Assembly (NCBI GenBank): GCA_951406725.2
Contig: OX597836.1
Coordinates: forward strand, 33,294,001 to 33,358,000
DNA length: 64,000 bases
DNA from: Octopus vulgaris
Taxonomy: Eukaryota
Direction of reading: 5' to 3'
Shown here in pieces: positions 25,345-38,703 of this stretch (position 1 is its first letter; each line of letters opens with the position of its first letter). The notes under the pieces were generated by a model. The model was given only the letters and a program-made list of their open reading frames with translations, did not search any database and was not told the DNA's origin. A program made the translations under genes and the position numbers.

Positions 25345-25629
25345 GTTTCCATTTACCAAATCCACTCACAGGGCTTTGGTTGAGGCTATAGTGGAAGACA
25401 AATGCCCAGGGTGTCAAACAGTGGGATTGAACTCAAGACTGCAGGGTTGGGAAAGAAATTCCTTAACATCACAGCCATCCATGAATCTAATATATTATAC
25501 ATGAATGAATAAAATGCCCAAGGTGTCACGCAGTGGGACTGAACCCAAGACCGTGTGGTTGGGAATTAAGTTTGTTACCACACAGCCACCCACGAACCTA
25601 ATATATAAGTGAATATATATATTATTTTA

Positions 25630-25988
25630 TTTGTTTGTCATTTGATTGCAGCCATGCTGGAGCACCGCCTTTAGTTGAGCAAATCGACCCCAGGACTAAT
25701 TTTTTGCAAGCCCAGTACTTATTCTATCGGTCGCTTTGCCAAACCACTAAGTTACGGGGACGCAAACACACCATGATCAGTTGTCAAGTGATTGCGGTGG
25801 GGAGACAAACACAGACACACAAACATACATATATATATGTGACAGGCTTCTTTCAGTTTCTGCCTACCAAATCCACTCACAAGGCTTTGGTGGGTCTGAG
25901 GCTATAGTAGAAGACACTTGCCCAAGGTGCCATGCAGTGTGACTGAAACCAGAACTATGTGGTTGGTAAGCAAGCTACTTGCCACACA
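25630..25988 (-). mobile_element. Family A SINE
   Basis: Match to family A. Confidence 0.85.
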
Positions 25989-26521
25989 ATCAAATATTTT
26001 TTCAGGATTAAATAAAAAGACAATGGAAAATATGACAAACCTGTACACACACACACACACATTTATATATATATATATATATACACACACACATTTATAT
26101 ATATATATACACACACACACATATATATACACACACACACACATAAATATATATATATATCTATATACACACACATATATATATATATATACACACACAC
26201 ATACATATATACACACATGTATATATGCACACATATATAGATATATACCCACATACGTATACACACACATACATATATACGCACACGCACACACACATAT
26301 ATATACATACACACACAAATATATATATATACACATATAATTCCAAAAACGTGTATATACATATATATATGTTTGCTTTTCTGTTCAGTTATAATGAAAA
26401 CAGTTTTACATTAATCCGATGGGTTACTCCAAACCAAGAACATTGTTGACAGTGACTTCAAAGTTGCAGTAGGTTAAGGTTAAACCATCAACATATATAA
26501 TTGTGTGTATATATATGTGTG

Positions 26522-26558
<37 letters not shown>

Positions 26559-26937
26559 TCACACACACACACAAATGTATATAAATATGAATATATATAA
26601 ATTTATAGAAATATGAATATATATATATATAAATATACACAAACATACATCTATTTATATAATACACGAATACATGTGTGTGTGTGTGTGTGTGTGTATA
26701 TGTCTATCAATATGTGGGTGTTCTCTTTTTATTGGTTAATTAGCCAAACTTTACATCATACTTGAAAACGTGTTCAGTCTATCTTCTGCTTGACTTAACT
26801 GCATACACAAGTAGTATAAACACGTAGGGCATAATAGAGGGGGCAGCATTAGGGGAGAGAGAAAGAGAGAGAGAAAGGGGTGAGATTAGCCGACAAGGCT
26901 GAAGTAGCAACTCTGATGATGATGATGGCAATTAGAA

Positions 26938-26969
<32 letters not shown>

Positions 26970-27402
26970 ATGTTGTCAAGTGTTGCTTAAAAAATAGGAA
27001 CTTTCATTCCAGGTCCTCCTAGAAACACTTGTTTTCCCCTAAGACATCAAGTAGGGGCTGTTAGTTCTGCAACTAGTAGTAGACGGGGTGGGGTGAAGCA
27101 GTGTGAGGAGAAATAGTAGTGGTGGTAGTGGTGCTGGAAGTGATAGAGCCTGAAAGCTGGGGACGGGTTGGGGGGGGGGGGTGAGTCATCCAGGGAGTAG
27201 GGGGATTGGATGAAGGGGAGAGGCTGATGATCTCCATATTAAGGGGTGCTGGAAGGGTTTTCGTAAACAGAGTGCGGAGGAGAGAGACACAGAGAGAGAC
27301 AGACAATGGTGAGAATGGAAAACCAGAGACTTAGGAGGTTGCCAAAACGGGGGTTGTTGATATGAAAAAGGGGCCCCGAAACTGCAAAGATAAAAAAGAT
27401 TG

Positions 27403-27435
<33 letters not shown>

Positions 27436-27668
27436 ATGAGATACACAATGCATCAGCATACACAATGCACTATTAGTTGTAGCACAGATAAAAAAAAAGC
27501 TATTAATAGCAGATATAGGGTGGGAGATAACCCACAGCTGGAAAGTGTCAGCTGAATGCCAGTGTATTACTGGTACAAATAAGAACATCCACACTCAAAG
27601 GGGAGCGAGGGGGGGGATAGATAAAAATACTCTAACAGCTGCTCCCTCCTTCCCACCCCTGTTTCTCA

Positions 27669-27703
<35 letters not shown>

Positions 27704-27827
27704 GGTATGTATGCAAGCACATGCACACAAAGATACAATTTTAAGGCAGTGCTCCAGCATGGCTGCAGTTAAATTACTGAAGTGTGTAAAAGAATATATA
27801 TACACACACACACATATATACATATTG

Positions 27828-28003
27828 ACGCAAGCATGGCTGTGTGGTAAGAAGCTTGCTTTCCAACCACATGGTCCTGGGTTCAGTCCCACTGTGTGAC
27901 ACCTTGGGCAAGTGTCTTCTACTATAGCCTCGAGGCTGACCAAAGCCTTGTGAGTGGATTTGGTATTTGGTAGATGGAAACTGAAAGAAGCCTGTCATGT
28001 ATG

Positions 28004-28036
<33 letters not shown>

Positions 28037-28235
28037 GGTTGTCTCCCCAACATCACTTGACAACCAATGCTGGTGTGTTTACATCCCCCGTAACTTAGCA
28101 GTTCAGCAGAAAACGACCGATAGAATAAGTACTGGGCTTACAAAGAATAAGTCCTGGGGTTGATTTGCTTGACGAAAGGTGGCGCCCCAGCATGGCCACA
28201 GTCAAATGACTGAAACAAGTAAAAGAATAAAAGAT
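27828..28235 (+). mobile_element. Family A SINE
   Basis: Match to family A. Confidence 0.85.
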
Positions 28236-28404
28236 AAAAAAAAAAATAGAAAATATAAGAAAAAATAAAAAAATGTATGTGTATATATATACATATATAT
28301 ATATATAGACACACACATTGCAATATATACAATATTTTATCTTACTGATTATCTTACACTTCTTAGTGATATACACCAGAGCTCAGTACCCTGAGATAGG
28401 ACTA

Positions 28405-28451
<47 letters not shown>

Positions 28452-28561
28452 GCTTTTGATTAGATGTTTTTTTTCTCCCACAACCCAAAACAATGCAAGT
28501 TATAAAAATAATACAAGCTGATAGCTTTGCCTGGTATTTCACGGATAATGACTATGTATCT

Positions 28562-28595
<34 letters not shown>

Positions 28596-28784
28596 AGTCT
28601 CTCTCTCCCTAGACACACACAGGTAAGGAGAGAGGTACGTACTTGTATACAAGGGTGCATATATGCATGAGTGTAGTGAAACAAAAGAAAAAAAACAACA
28701 ACCACTGTACTATTAGATTGTAAGGTATATATATGTGTGTGTATTTACATACTTACATATATACATAAATATATACATGGTATA

Positions 28785-29164
28785 GGCGCAGGAGCGGCTG
28801 TGTGGTAAGTAGCTAGCTAACCAACCACATGGTTCCGGGTTCAGTCCCACTGCGTGGCATCTTGGGCAAGTGTCTTCTGCTATAGCCCCGGGCCGACCAA
28901 TGCCTTGTGAGTGGATTTGGTAGACGGAAACTGAAAGAAGCCTGTCGTATATATATATATGTATGTGTGTCTGTGTTTGTCCCCCTAGCAGTGCTTGACA
29001 ACCGATGGTGGTGTGTTTACGTCCCCGTCACTTAGCGGTTCGGCAAAAAGAGACCGATAGAATAAATACTGGGCTTACAAAGAATAAGTCCCGGGGTCGA
29101 TTTGCTCGACTAAAGGCGGTGCTCCAGCATGGCCGCAGTCAAATGACTGAAACAAGTAAAAGAG
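28785..29164 (+). mobile_element. Family A SINE, full length
   Basis: Intact head to tail. Confidence 0.9.
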
Positions 29165-29379
29165 TATGGTGGCCCAAAAGTAGGCTTACATTTATTCAAC
29201 TATCTCTTTCGCATTCATATACTAACAGTTCAGATCTTAATTACTGAGAAAATATGAAACTATTATTCTACGCTAATTTAGTTAATTGTAAGATAGAAAT
29301 TTAAACGTAATAAAATGCTTTCAAAGAAATTTGAAGTGCTTCTGTGATAACAGCAAACCTATTTTTGGGCCACCCTATA
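29165..29379. mobile_element. Tc1/mariner-type MITE
   Basis: TIRs GGTGGCCCAAAAGTAGG / CCTATTTTTGGGCCACC with TA flank; partial copy at 53575-53787. Confidence 0.75.
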
Positions 29380-29407
29380 TATATACTCTCACCTTTTTTA
29401 CTCTCTT

Positions 29408-29607
29408 CTACTTGTTTCAGTCATTTGACTGTGGCCATGCTGGAGCACTGCCTTTAGTCGAGCAAATCGACCCCAAGACTTATTCTTTGTAAGCCCAGTA
29501 CTTATTCTATCGGTCCCTTTTGTCGAACCACTAAGTTACGGTGACATAAACACACCAGCATTGGTTGTCAAGTGGTGTTGGGGGGACAAACACAGACACA
29601 CAAACAT

Positions 29608-29646
<39 letters not shown>

Positions 29647-29804
29647 CGATGGGCTTCTTTCAGTTTCCGTCTACCAAATCCACTCATAAGGCTTTGGTCG
29701 GCCTGAGGCTATAGTAGCGGACACTTGCCCAAGGTGCTGCGCAGTGGGACTGAACCCGGAAACATGTGGTTGGTAAACAAGCTACTTACCACACAGCCAC
29801 TCCT
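29408..29804 (-). mobile_element. Family A SINE
   Basis: Match to family A; inverted relative to 28785-29164. Confidence 0.9.
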
Positions 29805-30000
29805 ATAATAAAATGAATGGTCTATACCTGGTGGCTTACTGGTAAAGCATGGTTACTTTCACAGTGTTCATTTGGTATATGGCAAATGAAAGATTCCATG
29901 AGGAATCGCTACATGTGTCAAAACAATTGTTGTGCTTAATAAATAATAAATTCTAGTATATTTCATCTTTGTCTTTCATTTACCATATATATATATATAT

Positions 30001-30144
30001 GGCGTTAGGAAGGGCATCCAGCCGTAGAAACACTGCCAGATCTGACTGGGCCTGACGAAGCCTTCCAGCTTCACAGACCCCAGTTGACCCGTCCAACCCA
30101 TGCTAGCATGGAAAGCGGACGCTAAACGATGATGATGATGATGA

Positions 30145-30146
<2 letters not shown>
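30001..30146 (+). mobile_element. V-domain SINE 3' fragment
   Basis: GGCGTTAGGAAGGGCATCCAGCCGTAGAAA...(GAT)n. Confidence 0.85.
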
Positions 30147-30207
<61 letters not shown>

Positions 30208-30214
30208 CACACAC

Positions 30215-30249
<35 letters not shown>

Positions 30250-30301
30250 TATATATACACACACATACACATATATATACACACACATACACATATATAT
30301 A

Positions 30302-30374
<73 letters not shown>

Positions 30375-31019
30375 ATACATACATATATATATATACATAC
30401 ATATATACACATACATACATATACATACATATATATACATACACATACATGCACATACATACATACACACATACATACATATATATATATATACACACAC
30501 ACATTTAACATACCAGCAACAACATGTAGAACAACAACAATTCTACGTGAGGTGTGTGTGTGTGTCGAGTAGTGATACGTGAAGAAGACTGTTTGTCATC
30601 ACATCGGGAGTCAGCAAAATGTAACGAAGCCGATTACATGAGCAGATGCATTGGAGAAATGCAACGAGCAGAGAACAATTAATTATGAAGGTGGCTGTTT
30701 AGTTAATGTGAATTATGATGTTGTTGCTATATAAAATAGACATTATAGATATATAATAATGGGGCCAGAAATTGTGATAAACTATTAAAAAGAAACCATG
30801 GCATGTGTGTGATATAAATATACACCCTGTCTTTCTATATATACATACATATATAAATAATGTGGGTGGTTTTTCGCAATTTTACAACCTAAAGGCAAGA
30901 ATATAGACGTCACTTAAGTGACAAAGGGCACTGATCAGCACTAGTATTGCTAGAAATAAGAGTCAAAACAACTCAATAGCCATGAGAATCATTATGACTG
31001 AGATATACATATATATATA

Positions 31020-31164
31020 GGAGCAGGGGTGGCTGTGTGGTCAGTAGCTTGCTTACCAGCCAAATGGTTCCAGGTTCAATCCTACTGTAGACAGAAACTG
31101 AAAGAAGCCCATCATGTGTGTGTGTGTGAGTGTGTGTGTGTGAGTGTGTGTGTGTGTTTGAGTG

Positions 31165-31199
<35 letters not shown>

Positions 31200-31416
31200 G
31201 TATTTGTGGGTCTGTGTTTGTCCCCCCCCCCTCGCATTGTTTGACAATTGATGTTGGTGTGTTTATGTTCCTGTAACTTAGAGGTTCGGCAAAATAGACC
31301 GATAAAATAAGTACTAGGCTTACAATGACTAAGTCCCGGGGGGGGGGGGGGAATTTGTTCGACTAAAGGCGGTGCTCCAGCATGGCCATAGTCAAGTGAC
31401 TGAAACAAGTAAAAGA

Positions 31417-31418
<2 letters not shown>
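31020..31418 (+). mobile_element. Family A SINE with internal deletion
   Basis: Head joined directly to GTAGACAGAAACTGAAAG. Confidence 0.8.
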
Positions 31419-31477
<59 letters not shown>

Positions 31478-32522
31478 ATTATCAGCAAAGTAGCAACATA
31501 AAATGTCAAGCTGTCCAAACAAACCTTTGGTTTCTTTTTCTGCCTTTCGTAATTTTAAGTCGGAGAGATAGAAAAGGGGGAGGCAGGAGATGGATATGAG
31601 TATGTTTGTATGTATTTATGTATATTTATATACATGTATGTGAACAATTTTTAACCTGCACCCACGTTTTTCAGAACACACACACACACAGACATACATA
31701 TATATATATATATATATACACACAAATACATACAGATTCTGTCGTGGATGTGGATATAAGATTTAAGTTATGAAGGAACAAGTATGCACACACATACATC
31801 ATATATATGCACACAAGCACACACATACGTGCATAGCATATAACACACATGCTCAAGCACACACACACATCATATACATGAGCACAAGCACATACGCTCA
31901 TAGACACACATAGAGCATACAACATAAATATGCAAAAGTGCACAAACACATGAAGAATACACATTTCCATCACACAGACACATATAAAAATATATAAAAG
32001 TACACACACACACACATAGATACACATGCATAAAAGTACACCCACACCCACATACAGAGCCATTTCTGGTTATAATCTGAAATGGTTCTGACAAAAGTCG
32101 CATCAATTTCTTTAGATCGTTCATTTGTTTCCTCAACAGATCAATAGACCAATTGATTAAACCTATCAGTAATGTACATGTAACGATGACTTGAAACAGC
32201 TGTAAGCCAAATTCGCTCAAACAAAGGAAAAAATATATGCAATGGCTATTATTTACACCCTTGTCTTGTATATCACTGTGTAAAAACCAGTTTGTCTGGA
32301 ACCCATCCATGGATTTACAATACAGAACTGTGATGAACCATAAACTCAGAACCTGCCATAAGAATATAGGGAGTTTTTCACTAATCTAACCAATATTGAT
32401 AGCCTGGTGTGCAAACAGAGAGTTTATGGAGTATTTTGCCCAGATTGATAATCCCTCACTATTAGCTCTGTTTTAATAAGTCTTGTGAGTGGATTTAGTA
32501 GATGGAAACTGAAAGAGTTTTG

Positions 32523-32577
<55 letters not shown>

Positions 32578-32580
<3 letters not shown>

Positions 32581-32741
32581 GCAGGAGTGGCTGTGTGATA
32601 AGTAGCTTCTTACCAACCACATGGTTCCGGGTTCAGTCCCACTATGTGGCACCTTGAGAAAGTGTCTTCTACTATAGCCATGGGTCGACCAAAGCATTGT
32701 GAGTGGATTTGGTAGACGGAAACTGAAAGAAGTCTGTTGTA

Positions 32742-32784
<43 letters not shown>

Positions 32785-33593
32785 CTTTGTTCCCCCAACA
32801 TCGCTTGACAACCGATGCTGGTGTGTTTACGTCCCCCTAACTTAGTAGTTCAGCAAAAGACACTGATATAATAAGTACTAGGCTTACAACGAATAAGTCC
32901 TGGGGTTGATTTACTCGACTAAAGCTGGTGCTCCAGCATGGCCGCAGTCAAATGAATGAAACTAGTAAAAGAGTAAAGAGTATATGTATGTATTTATGTG
33001 CGTGTGTGTGTTTGTCCCCCTGCCATTGCTCGACAACTGATGCTGGTGTGCTTATGTCACCATAACTTAGAAGTTTGGCAAAAGTGGCCGATAGAATTAG
33101 TACTAGGCTTACAAAGGATAAGCCCCTGGGTCAATTCCTTTGACCAAGAAACATTTTACGGTGATGCTCTAGCATGGCTACAGTCAAATTACAGAAACAA
33201 GTGGCTGTGTGGTAAGTAGCTTGTCTACCAACCACATGGTTCCGGGTTCAGTCTCACTGCGTGGCACCTTGGACAAGTGTCTTCTACTATAGCCTCGGGC
33301 CGACCAAAGCCTTGTGAGTGGATTTGGTAGACGGAAACTGAAAGAAGCCCGTCGTATATATGTATATATATATATATATATATGTATGCGTGTGTGTGTT
33401 TGTCCCCCTAGCATTGCTTCACAGCCGATGCTGGTGTGTTTATGTCCCCGTTACTTAGCGGTTCGGCAAAAGAGACGGATAGAATAAGTACTGGGCTTAC
33501 AAAAGAATAAGTCCCGGGGTCGAGTTGCTCGATTAAAGGCGGTGCTCCAGCATGGCTGCAGTCAAATGACTGAAACAAGTAAAAGAGAAAAGA
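32578..33593 (+). mobile_element. Cluster of family A SINEs (32578-32980, tail 33000-33200, 33201-33593)
   Basis: Match to family A. Confidence 0.85.
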
Positions 33594-33861
33594 GTATACA
33601 GAGGATTCTCCTGTTATAAAGGGCGCCACAATTTCTTTCTTAACAACCTGCACAGATGATCTGATTATAGTAAGCGAATGTATGTGCTGCCACATGGCAG
33701 GCATCGACAACACCATGGAGCGATGTGAAATGGAGAGTTTGGCTCAAGAACACACAGCATCGCCCAGTCTGGGAACTGAAATCACAATCTTGTGATTGTT
33801 AGTGCAATACCCAAACTATTAGGTCACAAGCCCTCCTATATATATATATATATATATATTT

Positions 33862-34881
33862 GGAAGGCGGTGAGCTGGCAGACACGTAAGCGCGCCGGGC
33901 GAAATGCTTAATGGTATTTCATCTGTTGGCGATGAGCTGGCAGAAACATTAGCACGCTGGGCGAAATGCGTAGCCGTATTTCGTCTGCCGTCACGTTCTG
34001 AGTTCAAATTCCGCCGAGGTCGACTTTGCCTTTCATCCTTTTGGGGTCGATAAATTAAGTACCAGTTACGCACTGGGGGGTTGATGTAATCGACTTAATC
34101 CCTTTGTCTGTCCTCGTTTGTCCCCTCTGTGTTTAGCCCCTTGTGGGTAGTAAAGAAATAGGTATTTCGTCTATCATTACGTTCTGAGTTCAAATTCCGC
34201 CGAGGTCGACTTTGCCTTTCATCCTTTCGGGGTCGATAAATTAAATACCAGTTACGCACTGGGGGTTGATGTAATCGACTTAATCCCTTTGTCTGTCCTC
34301 GTTTGTCCCCTCTGTGTTTAGCCCCTTGTGGGTAGTAAAGAAATAGGTATTTCGTCTATCATTACATTCTGAGTTCAAATTCCGCCGAGGTCGACTTTGC
34401 CTTTCATCCTTTCGGGGTCGACAAATAAAGTACCAGTCTCGCACTGAGGTTGATGTAATCGACTTAATCCCTTTGTCTGTCCTCGTTTGTCCCCTCTGTG
34501 TTTAGCTCCTTGTGGGCAATAAAGAAATAGGTATTTCGTCCGCCGCTACGTTCTGAGTTCAAATTCTGCCGAGGTCGAACTGTGCCTTTCATCCTTTCAG
34601 GGTCAATTAAATAAGTACCAGTTACGCACTGGGGTCGATATAAAAGACTCAATCCGTTTGTCCTCTTTGTGTTTAGCCCCTTGTGGGTAGTAAAGAAATA
34701 GGTATTTCGTCTATCATTATGTTCTGAGTTCAAATTCCGCCGAGGTCGACTTTGCGTTTCATCCTCTTGGGGTCGACAAATAAAGTACCAGTTTCGCACT
34801 GGGGTTGATGTAATCGACTTAATCCCTTTGTCTGTCCTTGTTAGTCCCCTCTATGTTTAGCCCCTTGTGGGCAATAAAGAA
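33862..34881 (+). mobile_element. Meta-domain SINE tandem multimer: duplicated head plus 5 bodies
   Basis: GTATTTCGTC unit starts at ~33976, 34162, 34347, 34531, 34702. Confidence 0.9.
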
Positions 34882-35560
34882 GTATATACATATATATTTG
34901 GCATTATAAAAACGGATGTCAAATGAGACTGGAGTCTGGTGCAGCTCCCCAGCTTGCCAGCTCTGACCAAACTGTCCAACCCATGCCAGCATGGACAACG
35001 GATGTTAAATGATAATATATATATGTATATGTATATATACAAACATATCTGTACATGTTCGTTTGTTGATGTATACATTGATAACATATAGAGGCATACA
35101 CATGTACACACACACACAAACAGGTTTCCATGCAGTTTCCATCTACCAAATTCACTTATAAGGCATTGATTGACTAAGAGCTACCTACGGTAGAACACCC
35201 TTGCCCAAGGTGGTGTGCAGTGGGACTGAACCCCATACCAATGGGCTTGCGAACATTTGGTCCTAAACACACGAAACACACACCTGTATGCACATAAGAA
35301 GAAACAGAGCGTGGTGTGATATTTAAAACACACCTGTATACAGGTATGCACACAAACTGCACATAGAATAGATTTAAGAAGATACACATACAGGTACACA
35401 AACACACACACATAACTATATAGACATGAGGTGATATATACAAAGATGGTGAGAGATGAAGATAGCATGTAAGATGGATTTACTGATGATGGAGTCCTCT
35501 CGAACAGCCCCACAGCCCACTGCCCAGACCCTGGATCTTAAGCAAACTTTTAGAACTTAC

Positions 35561-35628
35561 CTGTTGTTATTATTGCTGGTATTATCCCCTACGCTGTCTT
35601 CTCCTTCTTTTTGTCTGACTCGCTTCAC
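35561..35628 (-). other. Candidate 68-nt internal exon (coding status unknown)
   Basis: Minus: ctgtttctctatttttcag|GTGAAG...AACAG|gtaagt; purine-rich body; one open frame VKRVRQKEGEDSVGDNTSNNNN. Confidence 0.65.
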
Positions 35629-35766
35629 CTGAAAAATAGAGAAACAGTAAACGATATAAATAATGTATACACATTAATCATATTTTGTTGATATTGAATA
35701 TATATTTATAACATACTGTTCAGTGATAGAAGGTTAAACAAAAAACGTATTCTATCTGATGAGATA

Positions 35767-36142
35767 TCTCTATATATATATATATATACGGCAAAATGTC
35801 TGTGTGTGTGTGTGTCCTTTATACAAATCCATAATTTTTCAGTTGGAGGGCTCGCACTTTCTATGGTCATTCAAAACCGTCCAAGGGTGGTCATGCACAT
35901 TTTTACATTTCCCCAGTCACCCCGCAAAGCCATTAAAAAATCAATAGAAGTGACTTTTTTTTGTGAATTTCCTATCCAAAACCCAATCAAAAAGCCCGAA
36001 ACTTGATACGCCAATTGAATGCCAGCTAGCTGTATGTGATTGGTCGGAGATTTGGACAGTACTCGCGTGTATTTTCGCATGCACGCAGCTCTATATGCAT
36101 GCACTAGCACTATGACTCGGCAATGCCGGGTCATAGTGCGAG
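35767..36142 (+). mobile_element. Non-autonomous Helitron-like element
   Basis: A|TC 5' end, terminal hairpin GCACTATGACTCGGCA-A-TGCCGGGTCATAGTGC, CGAG|T end (CTAG variant), no TSD. Confidence 0.7.
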
Positions 36143-36455
36143 TAAATATTATTTATTTAAAGGATACAATACATGTCTTTACAGCTGCCAAAGGTGCCAT
36201 GCAGCAGGACTGAACTCAGTGTCGTTCGGAAGCAGGTGTCTTACTACACAGTCATATTATATTAGAAACATTTTGTTTGAAGTGCTCAGTATATACCAGT
36301 CCCTTACAATTCTGTCTAATTTTGGCACAAGGCCAGCAACTCTGTGTTTTACTGGTACTTTATTCAATCAACCATGAAAGGATGAATTAATGGCACAGTT
36401 GACCTCGACGAGATTCAAACTCAAAATAAAAAAAGGAGGCAGAAGAAATGTTGTT

Positions 36456-36751
36456 CTATATTTAAGAGATGAGGAATTATGTACATTATTGACCTTTGGA
36501 TATTTGTCCTCATCTTGTTTGTTGTTAACACAACGTTTCGGCTGATATACCCTCCAGCCTTCTTCAGGTGTCTTGAGGAAACTTCGAACCTGGGTTCTCA
36601 TTTTTAAGGTATTCTTCGATACTATTATTATTATTACTATCATTATTATTATTATTATTGTTATCGTTCAGGTCACTGCTTGGAATCAAACTCAGAATCG
36701 TGGGGTTAGTAGCCCACACTCTAAACCACTACACCATATGCATATTGTGTT
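36456..36751 (-). mobile_element. tRNA-headed SINE with PLE-type hammerhead tail, 15-bp TSD
   Basis: TSD AGAAGAAATGTTGTT at 36441-36455 and 36752-36766; A box TGGTGTAGTGG, B box GAGTTTGATTCC, (AAT)n linker, HHR at 36527-36572. Confidence 0.8.
36527..36572 (-). ncRNA. Minimal type I hammerhead ribozyme, canonical core
   Basis: Minus: GACAC-CTGAAGA-A-GGCTGG-AGGGTATA-TCAGCC-GAAA-CG-TT-GTGTT. Confidence 0.8.
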
Positions 36752-37230
36752 AGAAGAAATGTTGTTAAGCATTTTCCTTGATGAACTAACGATGCCACCT
36801 CCTCACCAAAACCCGTTTTCGTTTTGTACATGACCCTATGCATAAGAACTGACCAGGAGCTATATATAACCTGGCGAATAACCGAATAGCCATGTGCACT
36901 GATATACCCTCTACCTTCTCCAGGTGTCTTGGGGAAATTTCGAACCTGGGTTCTCATTTTTAAGGTATTTTTCAATATTACTATTATTGTTATTGTTCAG
37001 GTCACTGCTTGGAATCGAAATCAGAATCTTGGGGTTTAGAGCCCACGCTCTAAACCACTACACCATATGCATATTGTGTTAGAAGAAATGTTGTTAAGCA
37101 TTTTCTTTGATGCACTAACGATGCCACCTCCTCACCAAAACCTGTCTTCGTCTTGTACATGACCCTATGCATAAGAACTGACCAGGAGCTATATATAACC
37201 TGGCGAATAACCGAATAGCCATGTGCACTG
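36542..37230. repeat. ~340-bp direct tandem duplication
   Basis: 36542-36898 repeated at 36899-37230; breakpoint inside HHR stem II. Confidence 0.85.
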
Positions 37231-37337
37231 TGCAGTGTGACTGAACCTGGAACCACGCGGTTGAGCGGTGCACTTCTTAAATACACAACCATTCCTGCAG
37301 CTACACACACAACAAACTCTTCCTCTCGCTCTCTCTT

Positions 37338-37380
<43 letters not shown>

Positions 37381-37487
37381 TGCAAACTTGTTTTGAAGCA
37401 AATACCAACAGAATCAGCTGAATGCCAATTAACATTTGGAAGAGATTAAGCATATACCACACGCAAGTGCTTATGCAATTATAATAC

Positions 37488-38668
37488 ACGTGCAGGAGTG
37501 GCCATGTGGTACAAAGCTTGCCTCCCAACCACATGGTTCCAGGTTCAGTCCCACTGAGTGGAACCTTAGGCAAGTGTCTTCTACTATAGCCTCAGGCCGA
37601 TCAAAGCCTGTTGTGTATATATGTATATATATATATATGTGTGTGTGTGTGTTTGTGAGTATGTGTTTGTTCCCCAAACCATTGCTTGACAACCCATGTT
37701 CATGTGCTTATGTCCCCCTAACTTAGCAGTTTGGCAAAAGAGGCTGATAGAATAAGTACTAGGGTACTAGGCTTATAAAGAATAAGTCCTGGGGTCGATT
37801 TACTCGACTAAAAGGTGGTGCTCCAGCATGGCTGTAGTCAAATGACTGAAACAAGAGTATATATATCATATATGTATATACACACATACAGTGTGTATAT
37901 ATATATATTATATATATATAAAAAAGTACACCTTTTCTTCAGAACTTCAAATAGCAAATATTTTGAAAGGAAAAACAGGGGCTAAGGATACCAGCTGGTT
38001 GAGGAGAGACGTGTAACTCTGAGTATTGAAATTAGGAGTCATTCAGATACAATGTGTTGTATTAAAGAATAATCTAGGTGAATTAACACACACACACACA
38101 CACACACACATTCTTTTATTTGTTTCAGTTATTTGACTGTGGCTATGTTGGAGCACAGCCTTAAAGGGTTTTAGTCAAAGAAATCAACCCCAGGACTTAT
38201 TCTTTGTAAGCCTTGTGCTTATTCTATCAGTCCATTTTGCCGAACGGCTATGTTACGGGGATATAAACACACCAGCATCAGTTGTTAAACAATGTTGGGG
38301 GGGGGACAAACATAGACAAACACACACACACATATATATATACGATGGGTGTCTTTCAGTTTCTGTCTGCCAAATCCACTCACAAGGCTTTGGTCAGCCT
38401 GAGGCTTTAGCAGAAGACACTTGCCCAAGATGCCAAGCAGTGGGACTGAACCCAGAATCATGTGGTTGGTAAGCAAGCTACTTTATCACACAGTCATTCC
38501 TGTGCCTATGTATGACAAGCTTCTCTCATTTTCTGTCTACCAAATCCACTCACAAGGCTTTGGTCAGCCCGAGGATTTAGTAGAAGACATTTGCCTAAGG
38601 TGCCATGCAATGCGACTGAACCTGGAATCATGCGGTTGGGAAGCAAGCTTCTTACCACACAGCCATAC
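37488..38668. mobile_element. Family A SINEs: 37488-37856 (+), 38113-38505 (-), 38512-38668 (-)
   Basis: Match to family A. Confidence 0.8.
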
Positions 38669-38703
38669 CTGTATATATTATATGCATACACACACATATA
38701 TAT

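Noticed and set aside
36668-36741. Functional tRNA gene
   Set aside because: A/B boxes are present but there is no acceptor stem; it is a SINE head, as are the heads of families A-E.
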